Positions 1 to 13,615 of a DNA stretch of 64,000 bases are shown here, in pieces. The notes under the pieces are model-generated. The model ran no database searches. It was not told the origin of the DNA and saw nothing but the letters and a program-made list of their open reading frames with translations. Source of the stretch: the human T2T-CHM13v2.0 reference genome, Homo sapiens; the NCBI RefSeq assembly GCF_009914755.1, contig NC_060930.1. The stretch is one strand, 5' to 3'. The translations under genes were made by a program, and so were the position numbers. The stretch's first letter is position 1. Every line of letters begins with the position of its first letter.

Positions 1-266
1 GTGCATTGAGGAGAAAAAAGATGTGAAAAGTGCTTTGAAAAGTGAAAAGTGCTGTGCAAAAGGGAGAAAGTCTTATTCTCTGAGCGGGGCACAAAACAAT
101 AAGAGAAAGAGGTGAGAGGAGAGAGAGAGGGAGAGAGAAAGTTTATCTTTGATGAACGTTAAGTTTTACCGACAGAAAATCTAGAAGAAAGCTAGTTTAA
201 TTTTAGGAAGCATGGAAGTTGTGTCAATTCCTAAAATAACAGTTTATTTTAGATTACACAGGACAG

Positions 267-268
<2 letters not shown>

Positions 269-306
<38 letters not shown>
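269..306. repeat. (GT)19 microsatellite
   Basis: Perfect GT dinucleotide run read directly. Confidence 0.97.
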
Positions 307-307
<1 letters not shown>

Positions 308-818
308 CCACTCTCATTTTTTCGGGGCTTGAAGCTGCTAAGGTCTGAATTCAGCTTTAGGGAAGCCTCAACTCCTAAAGGAGTAAGCCCAGCTCAGTCT
401 TCTCCCTCACCCCTCTCCCCACCCACCTCCTCCCTCTCCCTACCTCTGCCCAATCAGGTCTGACCAGCCATTGCCCTTCCACACTGTCCCCAAGTGGCTC
501 CGCCCCTGGGAAGGCAGAGTCCTCCCTGTGCCCTCTGCATTACACCCTGTCCCCTGTGAACGTCCTCTTCCTGCTCTTGCCATCCTCCACCGAATGCCTG
601 CTGCCGAGGAACATCGAGTGTCCTCTCTCAGTCAGTGTCCTGTGCTCTGGACTTCACTGCCTTTTCAAAACCTTCCAGGCCTGGGCTTCATTCCGTCTAC
701 ATCAAAGCTCCTGATGACACATTGAGCCAGGCTAATGTATTAGTAGGGGAGGGGCCAATTGTTAGTCCATCCATCCTAGATTGTCTTTTAAGAGCCTCTT
801 GGGGAATTAGCTTCTTTA

Positions 819-1142
<324 letters not shown>

Positions 1143-1229
1143 GGTCTGTCTAAAGAGGGGTGTTTCATACCACTGTGGTAGACCAGAAAGGGAGAAATTT
1201 TGGGGTGCATGTAGTTGATGATAATAATA

Positions 1230-1327
1230 ATACCATTATTTTGGCACACCTACTAAGTCCCAGGCACTATACTAGGTGACTTAACATTCTTTGTCTAATT
1301 GCAATAACCCTATGAGGCAAGTGTAAC

Positions 1328-1359
<32 letters not shown>

Positions 1360-1540
1360 ATACAACAAAACTAACTGAGTACGTATGTGCTAAGCAGTTC
1401 ACCTAATTGTCTTGTGAGGTAGGTGCTGTTGCCATGCCCATTTTCCAAGCCGGGGAACCAAGGAACAGATCAAGTAAGCAACTTGCCACACAGCTATTAA
1501 GATGAAAAGGCTGAATCTCAAGGGGTTGAGTTACCTGTCC
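1230..1540. mobile_element. MIR fragments with embedded (CAT)n at ~1328-1358
   Basis: CCCATTTTCCAAG..GGGAACCAAGG..AAGTAAGCAACTTGCC MIR core-like; CAT triplet run. Confidence 0.6.
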
Positions 1541-2330
1541 ATGTTCACCCAGCAAGCAAGCAACTGAGTGAAGTCGATGTTCCCCCCACCCACCCACATG
1601 CTTGTCACACCTCCTTCTGGGGCTACTGGGAAATTCTAGGTTGAGGTAAGGGCAGCTAGGACCAGGAGCTGCTGGAGTGGGAGTGGGGGGTGGGGCTTCA
1701 CCAGCCTGAAACAAACAGCATACCCCTTGCACAGAGGGTGTCCAGCAGTGCTCCACGACCCAGTCCTAGCCACTTGCCAAATGTCCCCTGGCATTTTGCT
1801 GACCTTTCCCAGCAATCCATCCCTGCCTCCTGCCCTGTCTGGCTCATCAGAATCCCAGTAAACCTTTGGCACCCTGTTGGAATGCTGCCTCCTCCAGGAA
1901 GCCTTCCTGGATGGCCTAAACCAGAGCCTTATACTGACCTTCTCCAGAACATTGTCCACTCACTTAGCCGCACTGGTCAGCCTTGACGTACATACTACCA
2001 TCTGGCCTCCCCAGCTAGGTGTTGAGTTCCCCCAGGCTCCAACACCTAACATGCAGTCAGTGCTCAGAGAATTCTTATTGCACGAATAAATACTGCATTC
2101 AGGCATTGCCCTGGGTCACTGGGGCATGAATTTCAGTGCCTCTCGTGAAGTGTGTGGAGAGGGAAGTCAGGAAATATAAACATGTGATTATCCCAGGCTC
2201 AAACAATAGGGAGCTCTGTGGCAAACTAGAGTCTGCATGCCTACCTGAGGGGCTCACATTCAAATTCAGCCACCACCCCCACCCCGCAATCCCTACACAT
2301 GTAAAGGGCAGGGACCCATTCTGGTCCTGA

Positions 2331-2690
<360 letters not shown>

Positions 2691-2708
2691 TCCCGCTTTA
2701 TTTTTCTA

Positions 2709-3096
<388 letters not shown>

Positions 3097-3479
3097 TCAC
3101 ACATGTGAACTATGAGATGGCAGAGTTTTGGTCTGTTCTGTCCTCTGCTGCAGCCCAGCCCCTCATCAGTGCCTGATACAGAACAGGCCTTCAATAGGTA
3201 TGTGCCCCGCTCCTCCCTGCAGCGTCCAGGCTCCAGGCAGCATTCAGGGCTCAAGTTCGGAAGAGTGAAGGCCGTTGAGGGTCCCCTATTAGGCCCCAAG
3301 CCCCCTAGAGAGCTCCAACGACATGGCCTGGAGTTTGCTTTGGCGACAGCCGGTCCTGCTGGAACTAGGACATGAGGGTTAGCGATCCCGCCCCATGGGG
3401 TCACAGGGCAGAAGCTGCGGGCAGGGGTGGGCATCAGTGGGGCGGTGGTGCAGGGGGTGTCGCTCCCAAGTCAGCTCAC

Positions 3480-4440
3480 ACGCACGTCTTCAACACACCC
3501 ACCACACAGGCACCCGCACGCACCAAGGGACGCCGAGGCTCGGGAGAGGAGGAAAGGCCAAGGCGATGGGGAGATGGGGAGAGAGGCAGGGAGCAACATC
3601 CCGGGCTCCGAGCGCGCCAGCTGGGAGGGCTGGGGAGGAGGGCGCACCGGAGGGCTCCCGGCACGCGCGGGGCCGCGGGCAGCCCCCAGAAGAGGGAGCC
3701 AGGCAAGACTGCTGGGGCAGGGGTCGGCTGAAGCAGCGGGGAGCCGGACCCCACCCGCCACCCGCCACCCGCCACCCCCGGCGCCTGCCAAACTGGTTGC
3801 TGCCTCCCCGGCAGCCGCGGCGCGTCCACCTGCGCAGCCACCGCGCCGCCCTGCCCGCGCTACCATTGGCTCGCTAAAAATGCCTCTCTAATCTGCTCTG
3901 CTCGGTGCACGCCTCCTCCTCATCCTTCCCCCCTCTCCGCCTCAGCTCTGACCTTCCTCCTTCCCGCAGCCCCGGCGAGATCCCAGAGCGACGCGGTGGC
4001 GGCGGCAGCGCCAGCCCCCTCCTCCCCCGGGAAGTCGGCCGGGCTTGAGGCCGGGCCCCAGACGTCCCGCTTCGCCCCGAGGCGCCGCCGATGGTCCCCG
4101 GAGCTCCTGCCCCCAGGTAGGAGGTCTGGCCCTTGAATAGAGGGCGGGGGGGTTGTGTGTGCGGGTGTCCAGTTAGGGAGTGCGTGTTGGAAGTGGGCGC
4201 CGGGACTGACATCTCCCTGGGCCAGAGCCCGGGCAGGGTTGGGCAGTTGCCTGGAGAGAAGCGGGTGCGCGTTCGGGGATGCCTTCAGGGGACGGAGTTC
4301 GCGGGCATCACCCAGGCAGTGCCAGGATGCCACTGCGCTGGGTCCCTTGGGGGAGCGAGCTGGCATCGGAGGCCCTTACCCCAGGAAAAGCGCCGGAAAT
4401 AGGTTCCTTGGGAAGCTGGGGCCTGGGCCCGGGCGGTCCG
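3480..4440. promoter_or_regulatory. PACSIN1: CpG island / main promoter (inverted CCAAT 3865-3869, TATA-like TAAAAA 3875-3880, GC boxes)
   Basis: High GC with dense CpG, non-repetitive; ATTGG then CTAAAAAT just upstream of a pyrimidine-rich initiation region. Confidence 0.88.
3907..4116 (+). other. PACSIN1: Non-coding first exon (exon 1a) of probable PACSIN1; splice donor CAG|GTAGGA at 4117
   Basis: Donor seen in sequence; 5'UTR resembles recalled PACSIN1 mRNA; spacing to second first exon (~48.8 kb) matches recalled annotation; TSS approximate. Confidence 0.78.
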
Positions 4441-5261
4441 GGTCTCTGGACTGCTACCAGAAGGGGTGGGTGGGCTGGTGCCAGCTTGGTGCATAGGCTA
4501 TTTATGGATCAGAGTGGGCTGGGGAGAAACACAGCAGCTGATGCCTGTCTGGCTTATGGTTAAAGGTATTTCCTTCTGTCCCCTACCCCTTCCCCCACAG
4601 CTGGGATGGGAGCGGGGAGGGGGGAGGAGGCAAGAAGGAGGCGATAATGCTAAAAGGCCCCGCAGATACAGAAGCCATGGGCTGCTGGGCACTGCCCTCC
4701 CCTGCAAGCCCCAGGCCACTTGCTGCCTGTTGGAGCTGTCTCTGCCCCTTATTTTCACCTTACAAGAGGCTATGAAAAGGTTACAGGGTCATCAGGGTGT
4801 AGGAGACATGGTGGCAAACCCGGGAGCTTGGCCAGACCCAGCTTCAAGCCCCAGCTGCCCCTACCCACAACAGCCCAGGTCTGCACCACATAGGCAGTGA
4901 CACATATGGCCGCTTATTTCTAGGCACAACCATAAATAACCCACATTGCCCCAGCCCCTGGCACAGCTGGGGTGCAAACAGGACTGTCTGTCAGTGATTT
5001 TGCTTCCATCCTCCATCCTGGCCTTTCTATCACAAGTCCAAATCATCACCCTCCAGCAGCTTCCCTGATACCCCAGGTGAGATCCTTGCCCCCTGCCCTA
5101 TGTTCTTGGACTGCCTTGTGGCTGGGTTATTTGTCTTGTTCATCTCCTTCTAGACCAGAAGTACCTTCAGGCTGGGAATCTGATTCATCTCTGTCATTGC
5201 ACCTGCACCAAAGCAGGGTTTGGCACCAAGTAAATATCTTGTGGAATGAATGACTTACTGA

Positions 5262-5714
<453 letters not shown>

Positions 5715-7135
5715 TAAGCCTGGAGTTGATGGGCAGCTATGCCTTTTGGAGATAGTGTTGCAACCTGCTGGCTCCAGAGGGTCTTATGGGCCCCTGGTTT
5801 GAGTGTCCAGGCCTGGTCCTGGCTTGAGGGAAGGCCTGATGTGAAGGTCTGGCTCTCCTCAGGCCGCTGGGTTGGCACTTTCTTCCCGGGGTGCCAACTT
5901 TAGACCAGAGTCTCTGCCTCTGTCCCAGCCCTTGGGAAAATCCAGGTCAACATCAGGGAAGCTGGGAAGGCCCAAGCCAGGCCTTCCTCAGCCTCTAAGG
6001 TCTTCATAGCAAGCTCTCAGGGGTCTCATGACCCTAGTGTGTGGAGGAGCAAACCCACTTCAGAGGAAGAGGCTGCCAACAAGGGTTCTGGCTTAGCCAC
6101 AGGCCTGTGTCTATGAAGGACATCAAGATTTCCAGGCTTAGGAGGGGCCTAAAGAGAACTGTCTGGTTTGGGTGGCTCTTTGGTCCTGGGGAATAGAGGG
6201 AAAGCCCAAGAAGGGACTCAACCCCCTCCCTCAGGTTGCCAGCTATTTTCCAGAGTTGACATTCAGTCATTCAATCATTCATTCATTCCACAATGGCTCG
6301 CATTGCTATTTGACAGCCATGCAGTCTCCCTAACGTGGCTCTGCCACCATTCCCACACCCAGGCTGACTCTCCCTTCTTGCCCTCCCTCTGCCCCCTGGC
6401 TGCCCTGAGCTACTTTCAGTTCCTCAAGCAAGTGGGGCTTCTGTCACCTGCAGGCCTTTGCACAGGCTGTTCCTGTCTCCTCCTCTCCCTCTTCCTTCCC
6501 ACCCAAATCTCTCACCCTCGGGAGTCCACTGAGACTCCTTTTTCCTCCAGAAGCTTCCCCAGCTTGGGCTGGGAACCCCACCCATGATCCCCTCCCCACA
6601 GCCTGGCTGCCTCCCCTGGGAACCCTCCCATCATGCAGTGTCCTCTCCCTGCTGGGCTGTGGGGTCTGTGGGGGCAGAGTCTGTGTGCTGTTTCCGGTGG
6701 CCCCATGGCCTGGCACAGAGTAGACCCAGCTCTGGCTTGTGGAGTGAGTGAGTGACTGTTGGTCCCATCATCTACTTTCTCTCCTCACCAATATCAGGAC
6801 ATATTTTGCATTCGTCTCCCATTAGGAGATGAGGGACCCATTCAGAAGTTTGCACGTATCCCCACAGCAAGAATGAGTTGGTGGTAGAAAGCCTTCCCTG
6901 GAGAAGTGAAACTGGCTACAGGTCTGGAAGGACAGAAGGGACAGGAGAGGACATGAGGGGTGGGGGCATTCACTGATTTGGGGGGCCCTCCCTGGGGAAC
7001 CAGGTGGAGGGGTTGGGGGACGAGTGGGTATACCAGATAAGAAGGATGCTGCTTGGTTTGGTTTTACATTTTTCTTAAAGAAAAATAGCTTTTATTATTT
7101 TTTCTTATTACCAAAGTAATATAGGTTTGCTGTGG

Positions 7136-7270
7136 GCAATTTAGAATGTACTAGAAAGCCGAATGAAGGAAGCCCATTAGCCACATCAGACCCACCCACC
7201 ATGGGCACTTCGTAACTGATTTCCAGCCAGGGGCAGGATGGACCGGAGGGGAGGTCTGGGCTGGGGACTT
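7136..7270 (+). repeat. Local diverged duplication, copy 1
   Basis: Aligns to 7780-7915 (GCAATTTAGAATGTACT..ATTAGCCAC.TCAGACCCACC..TTTCCAGCCAGGGGCAGG..GGAGGGGAGG.CTGGGCTGG). Confidence 0.88.
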
Positions 7271-7779
7271 GGCGGGCAGGTCAGGGTCCCAGGAAGTAGC
7301 CGTGAGGATTGGCAGGCAGGTAGAGGAGGGGTCCCGGAGCTTCACTGTGGAAAGCAGGGAAGGAAGTGGGATTGGATGAAGGGGAAGTGGACTCTGATGC
7401 AGCCCAACAGGCAACAGGGTGCCCTGGGGCTAGAGTGGCCTTTCAGGTCATGTCTATTTGCCTGTGAGAGTCAGGCCCTAGACCCCAGCATCCTGCGCCC
7501 ATCAGGCACAGGGTTTGGGTGTGCCTTCCTGCAGGTGGCTCTGTGGTAGCAGCAGTCCCTGAAGCATCTGCCCACTGAGGTCGCCTGCTGACAGCACCCA
7601 CCCCCTGGGGCAACAGGTAGTGTTCACCACCAGGAAAGATGGGTTGGGAGGAACCCAGAGGTGGGCTGAAGGGACAAGATCAACCGGAGCCTGGCCTCAG
7701 CTGGCTCTGGGGAGACAGGACCTCTAATGCCAGGGAAGTTGCTGGTGCCGTTTCCAGAAAAGGAGCGTGTCTGTGGGGA

Positions 7780-7915
7780 GCAATTTAGAATGTACTGGAA
7801 AGCCAAATGAAGAAAACCTATTAGCCACTTCAGACCCACCTGCTGGGGACACTTTGTGGCTGGTTTCCAGCCAGGGGCAGGGTGGCCTGGAGGGGAGGGC
7901 TGGGCTGGAGACTGG
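7780..7915 (+). repeat. Local diverged duplication, copy 2
   Basis: See copy 1; offset ~644 bp. Confidence 0.88.
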
Positions 7916-8029
7916 GGTCGGGGGCTCCCCTCCACCCTCCCCTGGGTGCTGTCTCTGAAGACCTCAACCTTGGGTGTGAGGGGCTGCAGGATACCTGAAA
8001 ACTGGGAGGGCAGGGGAGGCCTTGGCTAT

Positions 8030-8329
8030 TATTATTATTATTATTATTTTTGAGACGGAGTCTCACTCTGTTACCCAGGCTGGAGTGCAGTGGCGCGATC
8101 TTGGCTCATTGCAACCTCCACCTCCGGGTTCAAGCAATTCTCTGCCTCAGCCTCCTGAGTAGCTGGGATTACAGGCGCCCACCACCACGCCCGGCTAATT
8201 TTTGTATTTTTAGTAAAGACAGGGTTTCACTATCTTGGCCAGGCTGGTCTTGAACTCCTGACCTCGTGATCCACCCGCCTCGGCCTCCCAAAGTGCTGGG
8301 ATTACAGGTGTGAGCCACCGCACCTGGCC
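8030..8329 (-). mobile_element. AluS with (TAA)n tail
   Basis: TSD CCTTGGCTATTATT on both sides. Confidence 0.94.
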
Positions 8330-8374
8330 TACCTTGGCTATTATTTTAAAATCACTCGATATTGTTATAATTAT

Positions 8375-8567
8375 TTTCTTTTTAGAGGCAGGGTCTTGCT
8401 CTGTCACCCAGGCTGGAGTGAGTGACACCATCATAGCTCACTGCAGCCTCGACCTCCCGGGCCCAAGGGATCCTCCCACTTCAGCCTCCTGAGTAGCTGA
8501 GTGCTACCATGCCTGGCTAATTTTTCAATTTTATTGTAGAGATGGGGTCTTACTGTGTTGCCCAGGC
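8375..8567 (-). mobile_element. Truncated AluJ
   Basis: Right arm plus start of left arm, internal deletion. Confidence 0.8.
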
Positions 8568-8604
8568 TAAAAATAACTTGATATTAAAATGCTGGGTAGG
8601 GGCT

Positions 8605-9131
8605 AGGGTAGTCTTTCTATATAAAATGCAGCATACTCGGGTAATTTTAAATTTCAGAAAAACAACAAATGTGTTTTTGTTGTTTTTTAGTCTAAGTATG
8701 TCCCAAACATTGCATAGGACATATTTTTAATAAAAAACTGTATTTGTCATTTATCTGAAATTCAGATTTAACTAGGTGTCCTGAATTTTTATTTTATTTT
8801 ATTTATTTATTTTTGAGATGGAGTTTTGCTCTTGTCGCCCAGGCTTGAGTGCAAGGCTGCGATCTAGGCTCACTGCAACCTCCGCCTCCCAGGTTCAAGT
8901 GATTCTCCTGCCTCAGCCTCCTGAGTAGCTGAGATTACAGGTGCCGGCCACCACACCCAGCTAATTTTTCTGTATTTTTAGTAGAGATGGGGTTTCGCCA
9001 TGTTGGCCAGGCTGGTCTCAAACTCCTGACCTCAAGTGATCTGCCCGCCTCAGCCTCCCAAAGTGCTGGGATTACAGGCATGAGCCACCGCGCCTGGCCC
9101 TGAATTTTTATTGACTAAATGTGGCCACTGT
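8605..9131. mobile_element. MER53 palindromic MITE, split by an Alu
   Basis: AATTTCAGAAAAACAAC..TAAGTATGTCCC..GGACATA..TTTATCTGAAATTCAGATTTAACT matches recalled MER53 consensus; terminus resumes after the Alu. Confidence 0.85.
8794..9099 (-). mobile_element. AluS inserted in MER53
   Basis: TSD CTGAATTTTTATT (8781-8793 / 9100-9112). Confidence 0.95.
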
Positions 9132-9905
9132 AGGCTGGGGTAGGGAGGAGTGGAGAGAGAGGGTGAGAATTTTCTGTTCTTGAGTGTGGGGGAAGAATCA
9201 ATAGATACTTGTTTGAAGTTGACAGTTTTAAAACATTAACACATCCATTTTTAGAAACAGGTGAGATGTTCCAAATTTCCCATCTGTTAACTTTCTATAC
9301 TGGCTAGAGAGTAGTCCCTTATTTGTGGATTTTGGCTCCTTAGTGCTGCTGAGAAATAATAAAACAATAGTTTTCTCATTTATGCAGGTGGGACAAAGGG
9401 AGATGTGGTGATCAAGGGTGGAATCACTAAATAGGGGTAATCCATTTGAGAAATAAAAGTCCTCCTAAGAAAGCTCTCATTTGGCGGAGGGCGTGGGAAA
9501 CTAGAACTCTCACGTCAGTCGGGGAGCATACGTTAGCACTGTGTTTTTGGCAACAGTGGTCACAGTTTTGACTTGGCAATTCCACTTTTTGGGACTTATT
9601 CCACAGGTACACTCTGAGCAGGGTGCAAAGATTAGCTGGGCAGTGACAGTCAGTGTAGCAAAGCTAGATGTCTGTCAGGAGGACCAGTGACAAAGTCAAG
9701 ACCTCTTTGTACGCTGTGATTTCGGGCAGTTGTTCGTTCTGGGATTTAATCAATGGATCTCTGAATGTCGCTGCCTGCCAGGCACCACTTTAGGTGCTTG
9801 GGGACACTGAGACAAGATGGGGCGGAGCTTATTACCAGTGTGGAAAGATGGTCATCACGTACTGATAAGTTAAAGCAAGTGGCTTTGTAGAACAATGTGT
9901 GTAGT

Positions 9906-10146
<241 letters not shown>

Positions 10147-11564
10147 GAACAATGTGTGTAGTATGATACAATTTTTAAAGTACATGTACATATGTTCTTC
10201 TCTGTTCATATTTACATAACAATGTGTAGAAGGCTGCATACCTGATTGTGATTAGAGCTTGCCTCTGGGCTGAGGCCTATCGCAGGGATCTGGAGGGAGA
10301 ATGCGTCCTCTTTATTTCAGCCATTCTGTGCTGTTTGCATTTTATAAACAAATATCATTACTCATGAAGAAAACAATTAAAACTGCACTTGATGATACTG
10401 GGAATTTTTTTCTTAGAAACCTAAAAAAATGAGCACGTAAACTCCATTCCCCTTAATCTGATGGCATGTGAGTCACATGCTGCCACGTGTGTTTGGAGAG
10501 TTTTTATCTGTGGTTGGTTCCTAACTGGTCCCCTCATGGGCTTATATTCCCTCTCCCTCCTCCCAGGCCTGTGGTGCCTGAAACCTGGCGGGATGGGAAA
10601 GGGGGTAAGGTAAGGTAACATCTGGGTATCAGGAGGGCTGTAGAAGGAGTATGGCAGAAGTGGGGTATCTGGCAAAGTGGTGGTTGCGTAGCACTGGGGA
10701 GTCTTGTAGGGGCACAAAGGAGGGGCCGGGGATCCCTGACATGTGCCAGGCGCTCTTTTGTTTATCCATATTTATAACTCATTTAGTCCTCTTAGTAAGC
10801 TCATGGGGTTATCCCCATTTTACAGATGGGGCAACTGAAGTTAAGTGACTTGCCTGAGGTCACACAGTAAGTGGCTGAGCCAGATTCACAGCCATGCAGT
10901 CTGGCTCCAGAAGCTGTGCTTGTGAGCCTCTCTGCCTCAGCACCTGTCGTCGAGGAATGGGGATAATCTCTTGTCTCAGAGACTGGAGGCAGGTGTGTTC
11001 TGGAAGACTGAAGGAGGGTTGTCTTCTGCAGAAGGCAGACCTGGAAGGAAAGGCTGGTCAGATCCAGAGACGGGGCGGGGGGCGGGGGGGTACATTCCAG
11101 GCAGAGTGACAGCAGGGACAAAGATGCAAAGGCTGGAATGTGAGTGGTGGTCTCAGGGGCTGGGGAGGAAATCAGCATAGGAACACGAGAGAGGACATGG
11201 GTCGTGAGGCTGGTGGGGCAGCCAGCTTGGATTGCTGCTGCAGGGCACTTTAAATGATCAGCCTCATTGGACCTTGTGGGACAGGTGGCCCAGGGCTGCT
11301 TCTCCTTGCAGGGCCTGGCAAAGACCCTGCATCCCTTAGCCCCACTCTGCCTAATCTGGGCCTTCCCTGAGGTCACACATTTCATCACTGGGTTCCCGGG
11401 GTCTAGCCTTGACCAGCCACTGAGGACAAGAGGGGCAGCCGAGGCAGGGCTGGAGGGCTGGGGGTTGGGGGTCCAGGCTGAGGTCCTGGCCCTGACACTG
11501 ACTCACTGAGGGGCCTAGGGCCACTCAACCCCCTCCCTTGGATTCTGTTTCCTCTTCTGTCTTT

Positions 11565-12070
11565 TATTTGCAAACTTTTTATTGTGAAATATTATAAGCA
11601 TTTACAGAAGTAGAGAAAATGTTATATAACAGTCATATACTCATGGCTTAGCATCAACAGATACCAACACATGTCCAATCTCATCTCAATCAAGATATTT
11701 CTCTAAAAGATAAGGACTTTTTCTAACACAATCACAATACCATTATTATACCTAAGAAGTATTAATTCCTTTATATAGTCAAATATTCACTTAGTATTCA
11801 CATTCCCTGTTGTCTCAGACATGTCTTTTTGTTTTTTAAATTGTTTAAATCAAGTTCCAGGTAAAGTTCACACGTTATGATTGGTTGATATGTCTTAGTC
11901 TCTTTCAATCCACAGTTCTCCTCTCCATCTTTTCTTATTCTTTTGCAGTTTATCTATGGGAGGAAGCAGGTGGTTTGTCCTGCTGTGTTTCCTGCAGACT
12001 GGATTTTGTTGATTGCATCCCTGTGGTGTTATTTAGTATGTTCTTCTGTCCTCTCTGTAAATTGGGAGTT
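11565..12070 (-). mobile_element. Old L1 (L1MC/ME) 3' fragment
   Basis: AT-rich L1M 3'UTR-like text (AACTTTTTATTGTGAAA..ATCACAATACCATTAT). Confidence 0.6.
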
Positions 12071-12089
12071 GCATTTGTCTGTCCCTGAC

Positions 12090-13040
<951 letters not shown>

Positions 13041-13219
13041 TTGGGTGGGGGCAGAGCAGCATGACTGGGCTTCCCCTACCCCTCACCCCTGCCCACAGAG
13101 CTGACCGCCTCCTCCTCTCACATTGCTAGCTCCTCTACTTTCAATGTTTCCTAAAATTAAAAAAAAAATTAAAAAAACACATATTTGTGCCTAGTGTGTC
13201 ATTGTTTACAAAATACTTC

Positions 13220-13615
13220 CTGTCTCAGGTCTGGTCTTCTAGAAGCAGAGCTGAGACAAGGATTCCCGGGCAAATGATTTATTGCAGGCATGCTCATATT
13301 AGAGCGGGAAAAGATTTGCTTACAGCTAGGATCCCACGGAGAGCTCTAGATTATGAACAGCCAGTCTCCCAGGGTTACCTTCCTCCAGACAAGGGGCCAG
13401 GCCTTTGTAGCCCCTTAGCTGGTGGTCATTGTCTGCAAGCTGCTCCCGGGGAAGGGCCTAGCCTCCCCCTGCATCTCCAGATGAGGCAGCTCCTGTAAGC
13501 CAAGGGCAGCTCTCAGGGGAAGGGGGCAGCTGTGAGCTGTTAGCAGCCAGCACCCACAGCTGCTGAGAGATGGGTACCCCACCTGATAGAAGGACACTGG
13601 CAGTACCCCCTCTAC
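13220..13615 (-). mobile_element. Solo ERVL LTR (LTR33-like)
   Basis: GGGGCAGCTGTGAGCTGTTAGCAGCC..CAGCTG motif shared with LTRs at 25.3 and 31 kb. Confidence 0.65.

Noticed and set aside
24-60. GAAAAGTGAAAAGT ISRE-like motif
   Set aside because: Looks like a degenerate MIR tail; no supporting context
3372-4563. Many 90-160 aa ORFs on both strands
   Set aside because: CpG-island stop-codon depletion; no homology recognised
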